From contig NC_043000.1 of NCBI RefSeq assembly GCF_006345805.1, forward strand, positions 97,836,001 to 97,900,000: 64,000 nt of DNA, in the 5' to 3' direction. The stretch is from Octopus sinensis (Eukaryota). Under the pieces are notes generated by a model. That model was not told the DNA's origin. It was given only the letters and a program-made list of their open reading frames with translations, and made no database searches. Position 1 is the stretch's first letter, and the number at the start of each line of letters is the position of its first letter. This document shows positions 39,836 to 54,344 of this stretch, in pieces. A program made the translations under genes and the position numbers.

Positions 39836-40649
39836 GGAACAAATGAGAATAAGTGCTACACCGAAATGTGTGGGAAGGGTGGGGGTGGAGCAATTGAACA
39901 ACTAAAAAGTCTTGAAGGTGATGCCCCAAGAATATTCCTTCTGTAATAATAAACTCATCTTGAAATTATAGACATGTAAATGTACTTTTTATGTAATTAT
40001 TCTATTCCATTTTTCTTTTCTCTCTCTCTCTTTTTTTTTTTGCACTAGAACCATTTAACTGATCTTTTGAAAAAAATCATCTATCATTTACGACATAGGC
40101 TATTTACCTATTCTTTTACTTATATTCTATATAGTCTCTATTTATTTCTAACAATAGTCACTCCAATCATTATTTTAAAAGCTTCCTTTCTGTCTGTCAT
40201 TACTTAAGAGGGGGAGGAATAAGCACTTTCAATTTAGTAGTGTGATTTAAAAATTACAACAGAAAAATAAATAAAGTAAAGCAAACAAATAAAACTAGTA
40301 TATCTATTCACAGATGAATATCTCTCCTAATATTATTGGTTTATTCACACTCACAAAAGATATGTTCTTCAGTTGTAATCTCATAATGCAGTATCGACCA
40401 AATAACTTCAAAAAGATTTCTCAGTTTTCAAGTAGTGTGCAATTCCACCCCCATCTCCCTATAGAAATGGTGTAGCTTTGGTTTCGTTAATAAAAAGATT
40501 GTCTTTTCACACTCCTCACATAAGATATTAGATTTAGCTAAAGCTAAGCATTACCTTGTTCTCTTTTCCTCCATTCTATATTTGCATTTGTAACAATATT
40601 TTACAGATTATTTTCAACAAATACAGTAAAATAATATTGGTTATTATTA

Positions 40650-41185
40650 TGTACTGGCAGAATTGTTACTGTTGGATAAAAAATACTTTGCAGTGTTTCT
40701 TCCAGCTCTATTACATTATAAGTTCAAGACTCAGTCAAGTCAATTTTGCCTTTTGTCCTTGGGGAAGGGGGTGGAGTTGATAAATTAAGTACCAGTTATG
40801 CACTGGGGTTGATGTAATTGACTTAACCCCTGCACCCAAATTTCAAGCCTTGTGCCTATTGTAAAAAGGACTATCATTATTAGTAGATGATGGTGAATTG
40901 TCAGAAATGATAGCATGTTGGGTATAATGCTTAGCAGCTTCTCTTCCAGCTATTTTGCATTCCAAGCTAAAATGCAGCCCAAGTGGACTTTGCCTTTAGT
41001 CCTTTTAGGCATTGGGTTTTGAGCACTGGGATTGATGTAATTGACTTACCCTGCTCTTAGCTAAAATGCAGCCCAAGTGGACTCTGTCTTTAGTCCTTTT
41101 AGGCATTGGGTTTTGAACACTGGGATTGATGTAACTGACTTACCCTCCTCTTAAAAATTGCAGGCCTTGTGCCAAAATTAGAAAA
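40650..41185 (+). mobile_element. Two tandem Nin/Deu-domain SINEs (tail B); the second has an internal 94-bp tandem duplication (40965-41058 and 41059-41152)
   Basis: Domain and tail homology. The duplicated AGCTAAAATGCAGCCCAAGTGGACT...CTCTT is seen directly. Confidence 0.75.
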
Positions 41186-41974
41186 ATATTATTATAGTTA
41201 ATTATTACAAACAAGTTGAATATTGAAAAAAATAAAATTCCTGGTAAATAAATTTTTGCATGCTTGTATTGCAACTGCTAATGCATCTAGGAAGTGCTTG
41301 AACATCACCCAATGTTATTTTCCTTGATAATAAACTTGCGATTTTATTAATGGGGTTGGGGGGAAAAAAGAAAATTTTTTCATAAAACTACTTCATTATC
41401 ACATGAACATATATGGAGTTATAACATTAGCAGCTGATAGCAGAAACATAAAGACATTGGGCAAATTAGCTTGTAGAATTAAATAACGTCTGATATTTGA
41501 ATTTCACCCAGGCTAGTTTTAACTTCAATCTTTAAGCAGATGAAATAAGCACCAGTCATATATTGGGGGTATGAAACCAGTATCCCAGCATGACTACAGT
41601 CCAAGGAATAAACTAGTAAAAGAAATATATTTACAAATACATACACCTTTTTTTGAGTGCATATGTTTTAATAAAAAATTTATTAAAAAAAACTAATATT
41701 ATTTATGTAAAGATGAAAATGCCTTTTAAAACCTCTTTCTTTGGCATACTTATAATTGAAGCTGAGAGTCAGTATGCTTTACCCACCCCTTTTTCCAAAG
41801 CTATATCAGGAAATTTGACTAACTTAGAAGAGAATGCCTCTCCTTCACAGAGTTGAATTTCTCAAATAAAAAAAAGAAGAAAAAAAAGAACGAATACCAA
41901 ACCACACATATATTACAATTATCATCTTCAATACAAAATATTTGTCCCTGCCAACTAAGAACTGAATGAAATGT

Positions 41975-42172
41975 ATTATCACAAGAAACCAAATGTATAT
42001 ATATATATATATATATTGATATATGCACAATTGATCACATACACATTGCAAGTAATTAGTTTTCTAAAGTGTTCATTATCACAAGAAACCAAATGTATAT
42101 ATATATATATATATTGATATATGCACAATTGATCACATACACATTGCAAGTAATTAGTTTTCTAAAGTGTTC
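41975..42172. repeat. Near-perfect ~100-bp tandem duplication
   Basis: ATTATCACAAGAAACC...CTAAAGTGTTC occurs twice. The copies differ only in (AT)n length. Confidence 0.95.
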
Positions 42173-42862
42173 AAGTATTTTAAGGTAATCTTTGTTACCT
42201 TAAAACATCATCATCAACATAATCTAAAAATATACTTTTGAGATAAATTTTTCACTCTTATGTTGGCAAGAAAGCCAAGAGAGATGAGGAGCTTAGCAGT
42301 TTATTAATCCCAGAGCAAACTTAACTCTTTCATGACTATTACTGCAAACAAATAGACTTCATGTACATTACAATTAATTTACAATATAAACAAGTTTTTG
42401 AAAGGGTTTAAATATCTGTAACTATGTAATGCTAGTACTGACCAACTTCAATCAGGTCAGGTTACGGAATTTTGATGATGACTTGAGTTTAAGTATGAAT
42501 ACTATTAAAGTGTATTAGAAGGAAGTTTTAAGTAGGATGAAAAGCAAAGTAAATATAAGCATTATGTGAACTTTGAGTGTAGAGAGACAATATTCAGTAA
42601 GATATTTAGTATGGTGCTTTACTAATTTGAATATTCTACAGTCAGTTTTGCAATGAGTATCAATAAGGCTGACAGAGTTGTTAGGGCATCTGAAAAAAAT
42701 CCATTTTCTTATTTGGTTACATCTCATTATGCTAAAATGGAAACCCCACTTAGGTTCACTTCATCTTTCATCCTTGTAAGGTCAATAAACTAAGTACTGT
42801 GATTGATATAATTGACTATAGCTTAGAAAATGGTGTCTTGACATTGCCTCTGTCCCTATGTC

Positions 42863-43087
42863 TTAACCCTAAGCATGCAAATTATAGTCACAATGTAATG
42901 CTTATTTATTCACATTGTTTTGAATTAACCATGCATTATCTCAAAGCTTCAAGATTTCAATATTGTGATTTTAATTTTAGAAATGACATTGTAAGATAGA
43001 TATAAGAGGCTGGATCTAGCTAGTTTGAATGAAAAACAGGGAGAATATTTGGTCCAGATATGGCTGGTTTAAATGCTAAAGGATTAA
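42863..43087. mobile_element. piggyBac-type MITE (~220 bp)
   Basis: TTAA|CCCTAAGCAT ... ATGCTAAAGGA|TTAA. Confidence 0.75.
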
Positions 43088-43469
43088 AGCAATAAGATAT
43101 GTGGATATCAATAATTTCCATTTCTATATACTATGTTATTCACTCTGATGAGAATCTAACTATCTGACAACATTTTCTCAAAAGAACTAATAAATTATCT
43201 TTTTCAATACATAAAAGAGAACTAGCTAGATCTAGTTAACTGGATATTTTACTTTTCCAAAATATTGACTAACATATAAACCAATCTCAAATTTGGAGGT
43301 GAGACATAACCTATAATATCAACTCTCAGTATTTCATTAGCATTTACTTTCTCAATTTCAGTAAGATGGAAGGAAAATTGACCTTGGCCATAAGAGTAAA
43401 GAGGTGTAACCTAATACTGCAATAAATAGACTTAGCTATCTATTCTGAGATGTATATGTTTTTTAAGAA

Positions 43470-43790
43470 AGGACAGGACCCATGACTTTTGTAGACCCCT
43501 TTAAGTGAAGTGAACTTAATGCCATTAACATTCAGTTTAAACTGTTGGAGGTCAACACCTGCAGGATGATGGTTCCAGAAAGCCAAAGTTCTAGAGAAGA
43601 AGGACTGAGAAAAATAGTTAGTGTAGGGAATAAGGGTGGCAAAACATGGAGAGATGAGTGGTTCAGGTGTGTTTGAGTAGAGGTACAAAAATAGCCAACT
43701 CTGAGGAGCAAAAGGTCATTATACTAGTGATACAATAGACAAAGGAGATGGTGCACATCTGATAGTGATTAAATCCACTCAGCTTTCAGT
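43470..43790 (-). mobile_element. CR1/L2/Jockey-group LINE 3' ORF remnant
   Basis: CSSELA..TNYFSQSFFSRTLAFWNHHP..DLQQFKLNV fits the SFFxRTxxxWNxLP..FK C-terminal motif. Confidence 0.7.
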
Positions 43791-45384
43791 AGTTTTTGAC
43801 TTTCAATAAAGGGAACAAATACACTTAATTTAATTATTGCTGTGTTCATAACTAAATGGCATAATTCTTCCTTTGACCAGTTAGATAATATTTAGGGAAA
43901 AAAAATAATCACCTGCATTGTCATGTAATATGAACTCCTCTACAGTAATTTGAGCTGACCTCTTCTGAAATTGCCAGTTGCATCTCAGTCCATCTTTGTT
44001 GTCTTAGCAAAAATGAAGCATTTCTGTATAGGGAACACCAATATGATGGACATTCCTAATATATTTCTAGAATTGACAAACATCATAGCCTTCTACTTCC
44101 ACAGTAAATATAGCAGTCTCAGTCTTCAACCTTTCAACTCAAGTACTCCAAGTATAATCTAATGAACAATGCTTTCCATTAGAAATAATAACAATTTATG
44201 ATTTCTTACATTTGCACAAGGTGACAATTTGTCAGGGAAGAAAGCATATAGTTGATTGAATCAATTCCAAGACATGGTTGGTAATTATTTTATTGATCTC
44301 AAAAGAATAAAAGAGAGGGTAAAAAGGGTAAGATTTCAGCTTAGAATAATATAAATAGAGAAGAGACTGGAAAACAGCTATTTGATTCAGCATAGTTTTG
44401 TTGTTCCAAAGTTAATCCAACTTGCAAAAAAACCAAAAATAAATCATGTGACATCAATTTGATTTATTCATGGGTTTCCTTCTGGAACAAAGAGAAAATT
44501 AATTTCATAACCTCTTACAAGGTCCTGAACTAAATAAATAGGCATTACATACATATTGTCAAATGACCAGTAGAAGCTATTCAATATGCTGGTGTTGTAG
44601 GAAAAATTTCAGGATATAAGACATACTATCACTTTCAGAAACAAAATGTCAGCAAACACTACATTTACTGTTTGCTGTTTTTGGTTATATTTTTGTTGGG
44701 GAATGTCTGAATTAGAGGTTACTCAATTTGTTTATAATGATGCCATCATAATTATAGCCATTTCAAAAAGAAATGTATCCAAATCCAGCCAACCAAGAAA
44801 ATTGTGTTGCTTTGCTTACAGAATAAATATCTTTGATATGTATTATGATTTAAGTAGCAAATGTTCACTTTACTATTATTTTCTTTTCTTCATATACAAC
44901 AACATAATTATTTTCTTTTTTTGTCCCAACTTAATAGCCTACTCAGAATTTTAGATCCAAAAATATTAGGAAAGAGACCTGATTTGAAAGATTATAAGTT
45001 GGAATCGACTGAGAGATACCCAAGAACCAAGTGGAGGAAATAGTTTAAGTCTGCAACAAAAGAACATGTACAGTCCATCAGATTTCCCACATAGATTTCA
45101 GCTATCTAATTTTCTTCACAATGTTTAAAAGTTGACCTGAGGTTATGACAAAAGACACTTTTTAAAAGTGCTGAACAGTGGAATCAAATCTAGAACCACA
45201 TGGTGGTCAACAAACTTCTTGATTGTAAGGTCATACACATAAAAATAAAACCACCTGAATTTCGGGTAGAAAATTAACAAAATGCTCCATGTAAAACTAT
45301 CTAAAAAATAGTAGAGTAATGTTTTAAAATTGTTCCAAATATTTAAGAGAACATTGAAGAATAAAAACCATAAAAAAAGTGTAA

Positions 45385-45725
45385 GTGTGGCTATGTGATT
45401 AAGAAGTTTATTTCACAACCACATGATTTCATGTTCAATCTGAATGCATGGCAGCTTGGTCAGGTGTCTTCTCAGGCCAATGTGTGTTTTTGTGAATGTT
45501 GCTAGTTCCACTTATTTGCAGGAGACCATCTGATCAAAAGACGGTGATGTCATGTTTTATACTTCCTGTAAACAATATATCCTGTAGTTATGTACATTTG
45601 AAATTTAGTGGAATGAAACCTCTTATAAAAAAAAAAACACCTGAGGGCTGGCAACAGGAAGAGCATCCAGCCATAAAACACTCTCCAAGTCATGCCAGCA
45701 TTGATGTAAAACAAACAAATGAACA
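45385..45725 (+). mobile_element. OR2-like SINE, degraded
   Basis: OR head plus tail GGCAACAGGAAGAGCATCCAGCC..CATGCCAGCAT. Confidence 0.55.
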
Positions 45726-47404
45726 TCATGAGTTAGAAGTGTTACTGGAAGCAGTGTACTGTACCCTTAAGTGTATTACATGACATTAAGTGACCTATGT
45801 AAGGAAGGGCCATCAAGGAAAAAAAAGTTGCAGATGGTTTATCTGGTGCTATATTGTCTAATGCACTAACAACAGCCCACAAGGCTTTCTGAATGGCACA
45901 CATGACAGAAAGATTACCTTGAATTTTTTTTAGCAATGCAGCCTGCCTTAATGATGAGCCAGGTTTCATATGGCCTGCTTCTCAAAAAGGGTTGCCAATT
46001 ACTACTATATGCAATAGTATATACTACTAGAAGTAGTAGTAAAGGTTCTCTCATATCTCAGGCCACTGCCTTAAATCGTGTCCCATGTGGACCACTTCTC
46101 AAAAAAGTTACTTATCCCTACTCTAATGTATTCATTCCTTCCTTACTCATAAGATGATTGTTTCATGTAAGTAAATTTGGATGCTATTTCTGGGTTAAAA
46201 CAAAAACCTCACACTTCAACCCCTCACTCAGATGTGTTATATGTTACCATTGCTCTTTTTAAGCTCTTCTGACCTAAACAACTATATACCTCTCCACCCA
46301 CATTTCTACCTTTCGCACTCACCTATCAGATTCCATACAAATTGTCTTCACCCAATTCTTCTATCCCCTCAATCTAACCTACTGGAATTCCTTCCTTTGT
46401 CTGTATTTTTCTTACAGAGATTCAAGCAAATTGAACATCAAGTGCATCAGTTGCATCAATCTCAGAGAGACTGGGAAAAAAGTGCTTTTTGTTGCTTCCT
46501 GTCTTAGAAAATATAGAAGCTACCTCATTGGCTTCATAGCAACCATGTTTATGAAGATAAAGTCATAAATAAAAAAAGATATAGGAAGAATGATTGAAAG
46601 TATGTGAGTTAGCTTATTTGCTTAACAGTAACTTAGTCATTGAGACAATATGAAATTACAGTCTAACACGATCAGACATTACTGGTTGTGCAAAAGCAAA
46701 TAACTTAGTTTACAAAATAAAAATTTGTTTTAAATGAAGGGTATTGAAGAATTTTCAAAACACACATGCAATAAAATACAGATCTTTTAGTCCTGGTCTC
46801 AATTCCAATGCAGGGAACTTAAATTTGGTTGAAGGAAACTGTGTGGAGCCTTTGAATATCTATATACACACACATAAACTCGTGAATGAATTTGTTAAAT
46901 GAAAACTGTACAAAGCTCATGTGTGTGTGTGTGTTTATATTCTATACTTCAACAAAACAAAATTACAGAGGTACAGACAGTGACATTTTCTAATCAACAA
47001 ATCAAAGACGTCAAAATCAAGCACAATGAAAACTCTTTCTGAAAAATAGATGAATATTAGCCATAGGGATTATTTCAAACTGTGATGAGTACACTTGACA
47101 CATGTTAACCACACAAAACCAATGAAGAATGAGGAAATACTTTGGTTTACCAACACACAATTAATTTTAGATATCTCAACATGGAATGGCAGAATGTGTT
47201 TGCTTAATTCTTGTTTACTTCTGTTTATTACTAGATCAATTCTCTTTCTGCACATACTAGGTCGATGAAATAAGTACCAGATAAAATACTGGGATGAATA
47301 TACTCACAACCATTGAATGCTTTGCCCTTAAGATGACTGGAGTCCAATGAAAGAAGCCAGAAAAAGAAGAATGCATATGATTTACATGCATGTGTATTTG
47401 TTTA

Positions 47405-47770
47405 GTCTTATGCCTATTTTCTTCATGTCAGCATGAGTTAGACAACTTGATGTCTTTCCTGTCACTAACCTTTACCCGTTTTTCAAGTTAGGGATCTCGT
47501 ATTCCATATGTATTAGAAGATGGAAAGCCAGTGGGTCGTTTGATGGTAGGTAACATGTTGTTACCACTTGCAGCTTAGTCATTTTCAGAAAAGTGCAAAT
47601 ATAAGCAAACACACAGATATACACACATTTACACAAACATCATGAGCTTCTTTCAATTACCATCAAACAAATCCATCCACAGAGCTTCAGAAGGCTCAAA
47701 GTTTTGTATAATGGTACTGAACTAGAAACCATGTGGTTGCAAAGCAAACTTCATAACTTCAAAGCTATGC
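47405..47770 (-). mobile_element. OR2-like SINE, degraded
   Basis: Head remnant (actgaactagaaaccatgtggttgcaaagcaaacttc) and an RTE-like tail in reverse complement. Confidence 0.5.
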
Positions 47771-48621
47771 CAATATATACAAACATAATTGCATACACAC
47801 ACATACAGAATTCTTATAGATAAATTACACTTAACAGCCTTGAAAATACTGCTGTAATAAATAAGAAGAGCAAAATAACAAAAAAGAAAGCTAAAAATTA
47901 CATAAAACCAAAAAAACTGTTTTGGATTGAACGAATCATGAAAGATAGAATAAGTGCCAGAGAATGAGAAATGTTCCTTCTTCTTTTGTATATTGCTTGT
48001 CAGTTAGGAAATCAAACCTTCCTGAAGAAATATATCTTTAGAGTTACAAAATTCCCAACATGCTATCAGCAAAGAATTATTCGTTTTCTGTATTACAAAA
48101 TTATGTGTTTAAAACCGGCCAAAAACATAGAAAAGGGGAGAAACAATATAAAATGCACCCTTATTTTGAAAGCAAAGTTTCAAGAGACAAAAGCTACAAT
48201 TGTATTTGAAAGATTTTTCTTAAAACTTCAAACTGATACTTTATATTTGATATATTGTTAAAAAATGAACTCAAAGTATCAAAATAAGAAAATACTATAA
48301 AAAAAAAAGCATTACTGTTACTCAGTCTGGTTCAAAACCTACAAGATCCCCATTGCTTCTATTTTCACTTAAAATGAAATCAGACATTTCATCATTGGAT
48401 CCAATACTATGATCAAAGAGAATATCATCTCTGGTCCCATTCATTGCATTCTGATTTCACATTTCTTAGATGAATTAATCACTATATCAAGTACTTTTAC
48501 TCAAATTCTTCACCTTCATATGCACATCTGAGCAAGTATCAATCTTTTTCTTCATCCAGTAGGAGTTGTAACAAAATCCTTTTGTGGCATCCAGTTGTTC
48601 CATTCCTTTCTCATTAAAGTC

Positions 48622-48790
48622 TAAACCCTCTTGTTACCATATTTCTGTTAACATATGCTGCCTTTGTTTCAATTAATTTTTCTAGTAATGAAGAATTTAA
48701 TAACCTTCTCATTATTAAGCTGAGCTCTACATAAAATTTTGATGTCAGAACTTGGGGTGGTTTTAGGCAGGTTGGTATGGAAAGGGTTAA
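48622..48790. mobile_element. piggyBac-type MITE inserted in the pogo remnant
   Basis: TAAA|CCCTCTTGTTACC ... GGTATGGAAAGGG|TTAA. The pogo reading frame resumes on both sides. Confidence 0.7.
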
Positions 48791-49301
48791 AAGGTTTGGT
48801 TGATAGAAACATCAAAAAGTTGCAATTGACTTGTTAAACTACTGGTTATAATAACCATTTGTATTTTTAACTCATTAGCTTTTTCTTTTCTTTTTTTTTT
48901 GTTTTATGTACTCATGATGATGAAAATATCTCAGATGAGGAGAGACGCCAATTTTAATAAATCCCTTGGACATTTTGATCAGATTTTTCTCAAACTAAAG
49001 TGGTATTCTGCCCTCATACAACCACCCTTTTCCATGTGTGAATGTAGACATTGTTATCGTTTTTAGAATTAACATTGGTGGTTAATTTTGTTCCATCACC
49101 ACTGGATAATTTGAATGTTTTGTGTCCAGAAGTCTTCACAGTGGAAATTTTGGTACCTTTTATATCAATTGTTCTATTGTTCAAAACAGCAAATGTTAAC
49201 AGTTCCCTCCATGTTTGCTATTTGAGAGAATTAAAATGAACCTTCTTCTTTCCTTAACTGTATCATAAACACAAATTGTCCTCTCAAACTTATTGGGTAT
49301 T

Positions 49302-49627
49302 ATTCTTTTACTTGTTTCAGTCATTTGACTGCAGCCATGCTGGAGCATCACCTTAAAGGGCTTTTTAGTTGAAGAAATCAACCCCAGGACTTATTCTTTG
49401 TAAACCTAGTACTTATTCTATTGGTCTCTTGCCAAACTGGTTGTCAAGCAATGGTGAGGGGACAAACACACATACTATATATATATATATATACATACAC
49501 ATAACACTCACAAGGCTTTGGTCGGCCTGAGGCTATAGAAGACGCTTGCTCACGGTACCACACAGTGGGACTGAACCTGGAACCATGTGGTTAGGAAGCA
49601 AGCTTCTTACCACACAGCCATACCTGC
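49302..49627 (-). mobile_element. OR1-type SINE inserted in the pogo remnant
   Basis: Colinear with 16213-16601, with two internal deletions. Confidence 0.85.
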
Positions 49628-52107
49628 ATTTATGTATGCCTTTGAACAATTTCATTTTGGTTCTCATAACTAGGTCTTTGTGTTTTATAAACTGATAATA
49701 CTATGATGCATTTTGCCAGTTAAATCTTTTAATCTATTATCACATGCAATATTCTTTGCTTCAAAAATTATATTTGTAGAAACAGTCCCATTTATATTCA
49801 AGATCTTGAATTTTGTCTTTCTTTATCCCCCGGAAACTGAATTTATCACTTAATCATTTTCAGTTTTTCTTTTTGATTGAGCCAACAACAAATCATATTT
49901 TTTTTGTTGATGGAGGATCAAAATGTCATATGGCAGCTTTATCTCCATGTTTTTATTCTGTGAATATTTAATCAGAATTTGAATTTTGCTATGTATGACA
50001 GTCTCCTTTCTTCAGACATTCAAGAGGGATGCAAGAAAGAGAATGCATAATTAAGAAACAAGCTATTTTCCTTCCTATGTCTAAGACACAGTATTTCAGT
50101 TTTAAGTTACACATCCAACTTGATGTTAAGCACACACCAGACTTCTATGTAGTCAATTAAAATTGAAAAACTGATTATGCAATTGCCAATACTAATTGCA
50201 ATAACCACTTTGGTCAACTACATTGCACTTTTGGTATTCAAGGTAAGCATTCAAAAATAAGGCTTAAAATTTTTCATTAACAAAAATAGCCTTATTCTAC
50301 TCCACATTAAACAGCAGTTGTATATTTACAAGCTCTTTTACTCTCATCCATTACTATAATTAATATTTTTTATTTTTTGGTGGGGACCATTATAAAGAGT
50401 TATGTTTTTATAATGAAAATACAGCTATCATTATACTTAAACATGCTTATTTAGATTTAAACACAACTTGTGTATACCATATATATACTGTTCATATCTT
50501 CAATGTATAGGATGCAGGCAGATTTTACCATCAAATTTTAGAGTAAAAAAGTGTTTCTTATACACCAAAATAAAAAACAAAAAACAAAAGGTAAATGAAA
50601 GATATTCAGAGTCAAAACTGGTTATAAAAGAGATATAATAATACAGAAATACACTACTCTTTGCTTTCTGGATGAATTAAATAATTGGAAACAAAATACA
50701 GATTACTTTTTACTTTTGTATTAATAACTATATACATGTTTCCAAGTACTGGTGCTGTACTAAAGAAGTGCCAACCCCTCCACCATTTCTACTGATATAT
50801 TATTATCTTAATGTACAACCAGTCTTATCAATAATGATGGTGTTATGAGTGTGATGCAACACCTACCTAATGATAGTACTGGTTGTGACATGCAGCATGC
50901 AGGTCTTGAATATCGAATTCTGGCAGACCCCATCCCTTTCCAGGCCTACCAACATTGATTTCTCTCTGGAGAGGGAAATATGAACTGGTAGTTTACTATA
51001 AATAATGATCTTGAAAAAGGACGACCAGTGAAGTTAAATGAGATGAAATCTGAACTCAGAGCACCAAAAACACTACCAATTTGCCCCCCCCCCAACACAC
51101 AAATAATTCGCATTTCATTTTTGGCTTGATTTTTATAGCTGGATGCTCTCCTAACAATCTTTTTGTGTGTGTGTGTGTGACTATAGCTAGAGTTAGTTAT
51201 GCCCTCAATATTAGAGATATCACAACCTCACATCTCTGCTCACCTACCAGCCTCTTTACAGAGTGAGAAGCTTGAGTGACAGTGGTATGACTGAGTGATT
51301 GTGGGGTGGCATGCTCAGTATTGTAATGCATAATTAAGGCAACATATCTGTAATGTGGCCAAGATGACAGGGGCCTAGGTTATGTGGGAGAGAAGCAACA
51401 AAAGTTTCTTTTTTTTTTTTTTTTACATAGAAACTAAACAGCATGCTAAGATTGTGACATAAATGTCTTCCGGGGATTTTTTTTACCCAGAATGGGCTAG
51501 CAATGTTGGCAACTAAGGCTGACCCCTCATTTAACCCTTTCATTATCCTATTTCTAATGATATTGACATTTCAAATAATGTTTAGATACTATCAAAATTA
51601 TTTTTTTCATTATTAAGCTGGTGTCTGATACAAAATTTTATATGCCTAAAATCACGATGGAAGGGTTTCATTTAGTAGATATGATCACTTTAAGACAGGA
51701 TTATTCTGATTAATATCAAAGTGCAATATCACATTATATTAATAAAGATCTATTGATAGAGAACAGGACACCAGTGTGATGCATACTTCACAGATAATCC
51801 TTTAAAAGCTTGCTTTTCACTATAGAAATTACATTCTTTCAAGGTAAAGACATGATCATGAGGTTAAAAAGTTCGCTTTGCAACTTATCAGTTGTGTCCA
51901 ACAGCGTAGTACCTTTGGCAAGTGTTTCTACTATTAGTCCCTTACCAACCAAAACCTTGTGAAAAAATATGGTAGTCAGAAACTAAAAAGAATCTTGTAA
52001 CACACATAGATATATATGTATATGTATTTCCTTGTCTTGATATCACCCTAGATGCAAACAAATTTCACATTTTCTTCCCAATCTTCTGCATGGAAAATTA
52101 AACATTA

Positions 52108-52331
52108 TTAACCCTTTCGTTACCAACCCGGCTGAAACCGGCTCTGGCTCTGAGTACAAATGTCTTGTTTTCATAAGTTTTGAATTAAAATATTCTACCA
52201 AACCTTAGTCACAATTTATGTTTCTAACACTAGTTTAACGATAAGTTATTTTACTAAATTCTTAGTTATATTTAAAGTAATTGAAAGAAACACAGATCAT
52301 ATCAAAATAAATACAGTAATTAAAGGGTTAA
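52108..52331. mobile_element. piggyBac-type MITE, young
   Basis: TTAA|CCCTTTCGTTAC ... GTAATTAAAGGG|TTAA. CpGs are retained. Confidence 0.85.
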
Positions 52332-54344
52332 CATGGGGAGAATTATAAAAATGTCAAATTTTATCTGGAATGGAAAGTTCTTATACAAGAAGCTAACAAT
52401 ATTTTATTGTAGTAGAATTCTAGTGTATTAGGGAGTAATTTTATAGACATGACAAGACAGGGCAACATCAATATCAGTAGGATATGAACTCAGCCCAAAT
52501 AGGAAACTAATTATGCATCAGGATTTCAACCAATTTACAATCTTAGTATAATACAAGGCCAAAATATTGATATAGTTCTTAAAACATTAATAATCCAGAG
52601 TGTAAACAAAAAGCATACCCTACCAAAAAAAAAAAAAAAAAAGACGGAAAGCTTACCTTGCAAAATCTTAGGTAATTCATGTAATGAGATTTCAGGAATT
52701 TTAATTCAAAATATTTATAATGGTAGACTTCCTTCAGAAGGGTAGATTGATGATAGATTATTAAAATAGTCTTTGGCAGATTGACACGTTGACAACAAGT
52801 CAATAAACAATTTGAAAAATAACTGTTTACTCATTCTTTTTAAGTTACCCTAAGAGATATCAAAAACACAACTGCTTTGTTTAAAAAATTTTACAGGCAC
52901 AATCATAATTTTGTTTAGTCCTAAGTCAGCCCTGACTGAACAAACCTTTGATTAAAGACATTTAAGCTGTGGTCATATTTTTTCAGGTACACTACAACAA
53001 AACTACTTTATCTTATGTGCCACTCTTCTGTGAAGACAGTAAAGTGTAATTTAAAAGAAATATAGCTGCTATTTCTAGTACTTCAGGAAACTGGATAGCG
53101 CTTGATATGTCAGCAATTTTTTTTTTTAGTGGGGATTATACTCCACTTCTTTTCCTGCTACAGATATATTTACTTTGATTTGGTAACCTAAGTAATGCAA
53201 TTACTATGTTGTGTTCTTAAACAACATGCATTTACTCTTAGCTTCACTCAGTGAAAAAGATTATGAGTATCACTACTACTTCATGCAAGAGTGGTCAATT
53301 ACAGCTGTAAAATATTTTGACAATTCACACACAATAGTGAAAACTATAATATATGCCAGCAATGAGAAGGGGGAAGGATAGGAGTTATACATAAGACAAC
53401 TTCTCTAAATTTAAAACCAAGGTGTATGTATATGCCTGTGTATGTTAAAAAAAAAATTATAAATAGGATAAAAATACTTTTAACAACTGCAGGCAGAAGG
53501 ACCTGGAGTCAAATGTTTCTATAATAGATCTTGATTAACCAATGCCCTATAAATGGAATTTGGCAGACTGAAATATGTGTGTATGTGCATGTGTGAGTGA
53601 ATATTTTATCTATTAACAGGCAGACATGTCAGTGAGAAAACTGATAAACCATTGCTTCCAAAACTGAAAACACTCTGTAACTTATTTCAACCATGTTTCA
53701 CAGATACTTTCCCTTGTTACCATTGCCATTATAAATGAAATGAACCAGTGATTGTCCTGTTGGAAAATTGTTAGCACAAAAGGTGATGTAAAAAAAAAAT
53801 GAATAACTATAAAAGCAGTATAGCCGACTTGTTATTGACTGACCAAAGTTATTTGTTTGAACAGAGTTACTGTAGTGAAGTTAAATAAATGCTCAAGAGC
53901 ACTTCCAGTTCAGTGCACCAGATTGGCAAACCGTTTTCTGATGTTTGGTTACATGACTGACATCTGTTGCAAACCTCTGATAAAAAGGTGTACTAGCTCT
54001 CATCTATCTTTCTTTCAGATTGAATATTTGTAAGATGACATAGTCTAATGCATTTTTATTTTTTAGTAGGGTGTAATTTAAAGGAGAATTGGCTACTATT
54101 TCTGGGAGGTAGAACAACAATTTAGAGTCTACTTCAGAGAGAATGAGTATGCTAACTTATGTGTTCAAGACAATGAATGTATCCAACAGGTTGAACCATA
54201 TGATCTCTCATATTGGTAATAGACCATATATTTGAAGGAGAAGAGTATACAACAAACAGAATCAATCCTCAATACAGAAGTGCTAATTATTTTATAGATA
54301 CTAAATCAATGAAAGGCAAACTTGGCTCCAGTGGAATTTGTGAA

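Larger units (their letters stand above)
48322..50019 (-). pseudogene. pogo-family (POGK/Tigger-like) transposase remnant interrupted by a MITE and a SINE
   Basis: MSEERRLSYIAKFK..HGDKAA..HFDPPSTKK (Brinker-like DNA-binding domain), NRTIDIKGTKISTVKTSGHK, PPMLI, LTSQLQLFDVSIN, and EWNNWM..TPTG..KKC..NAMNGTRDD. Confidence 0.85.
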
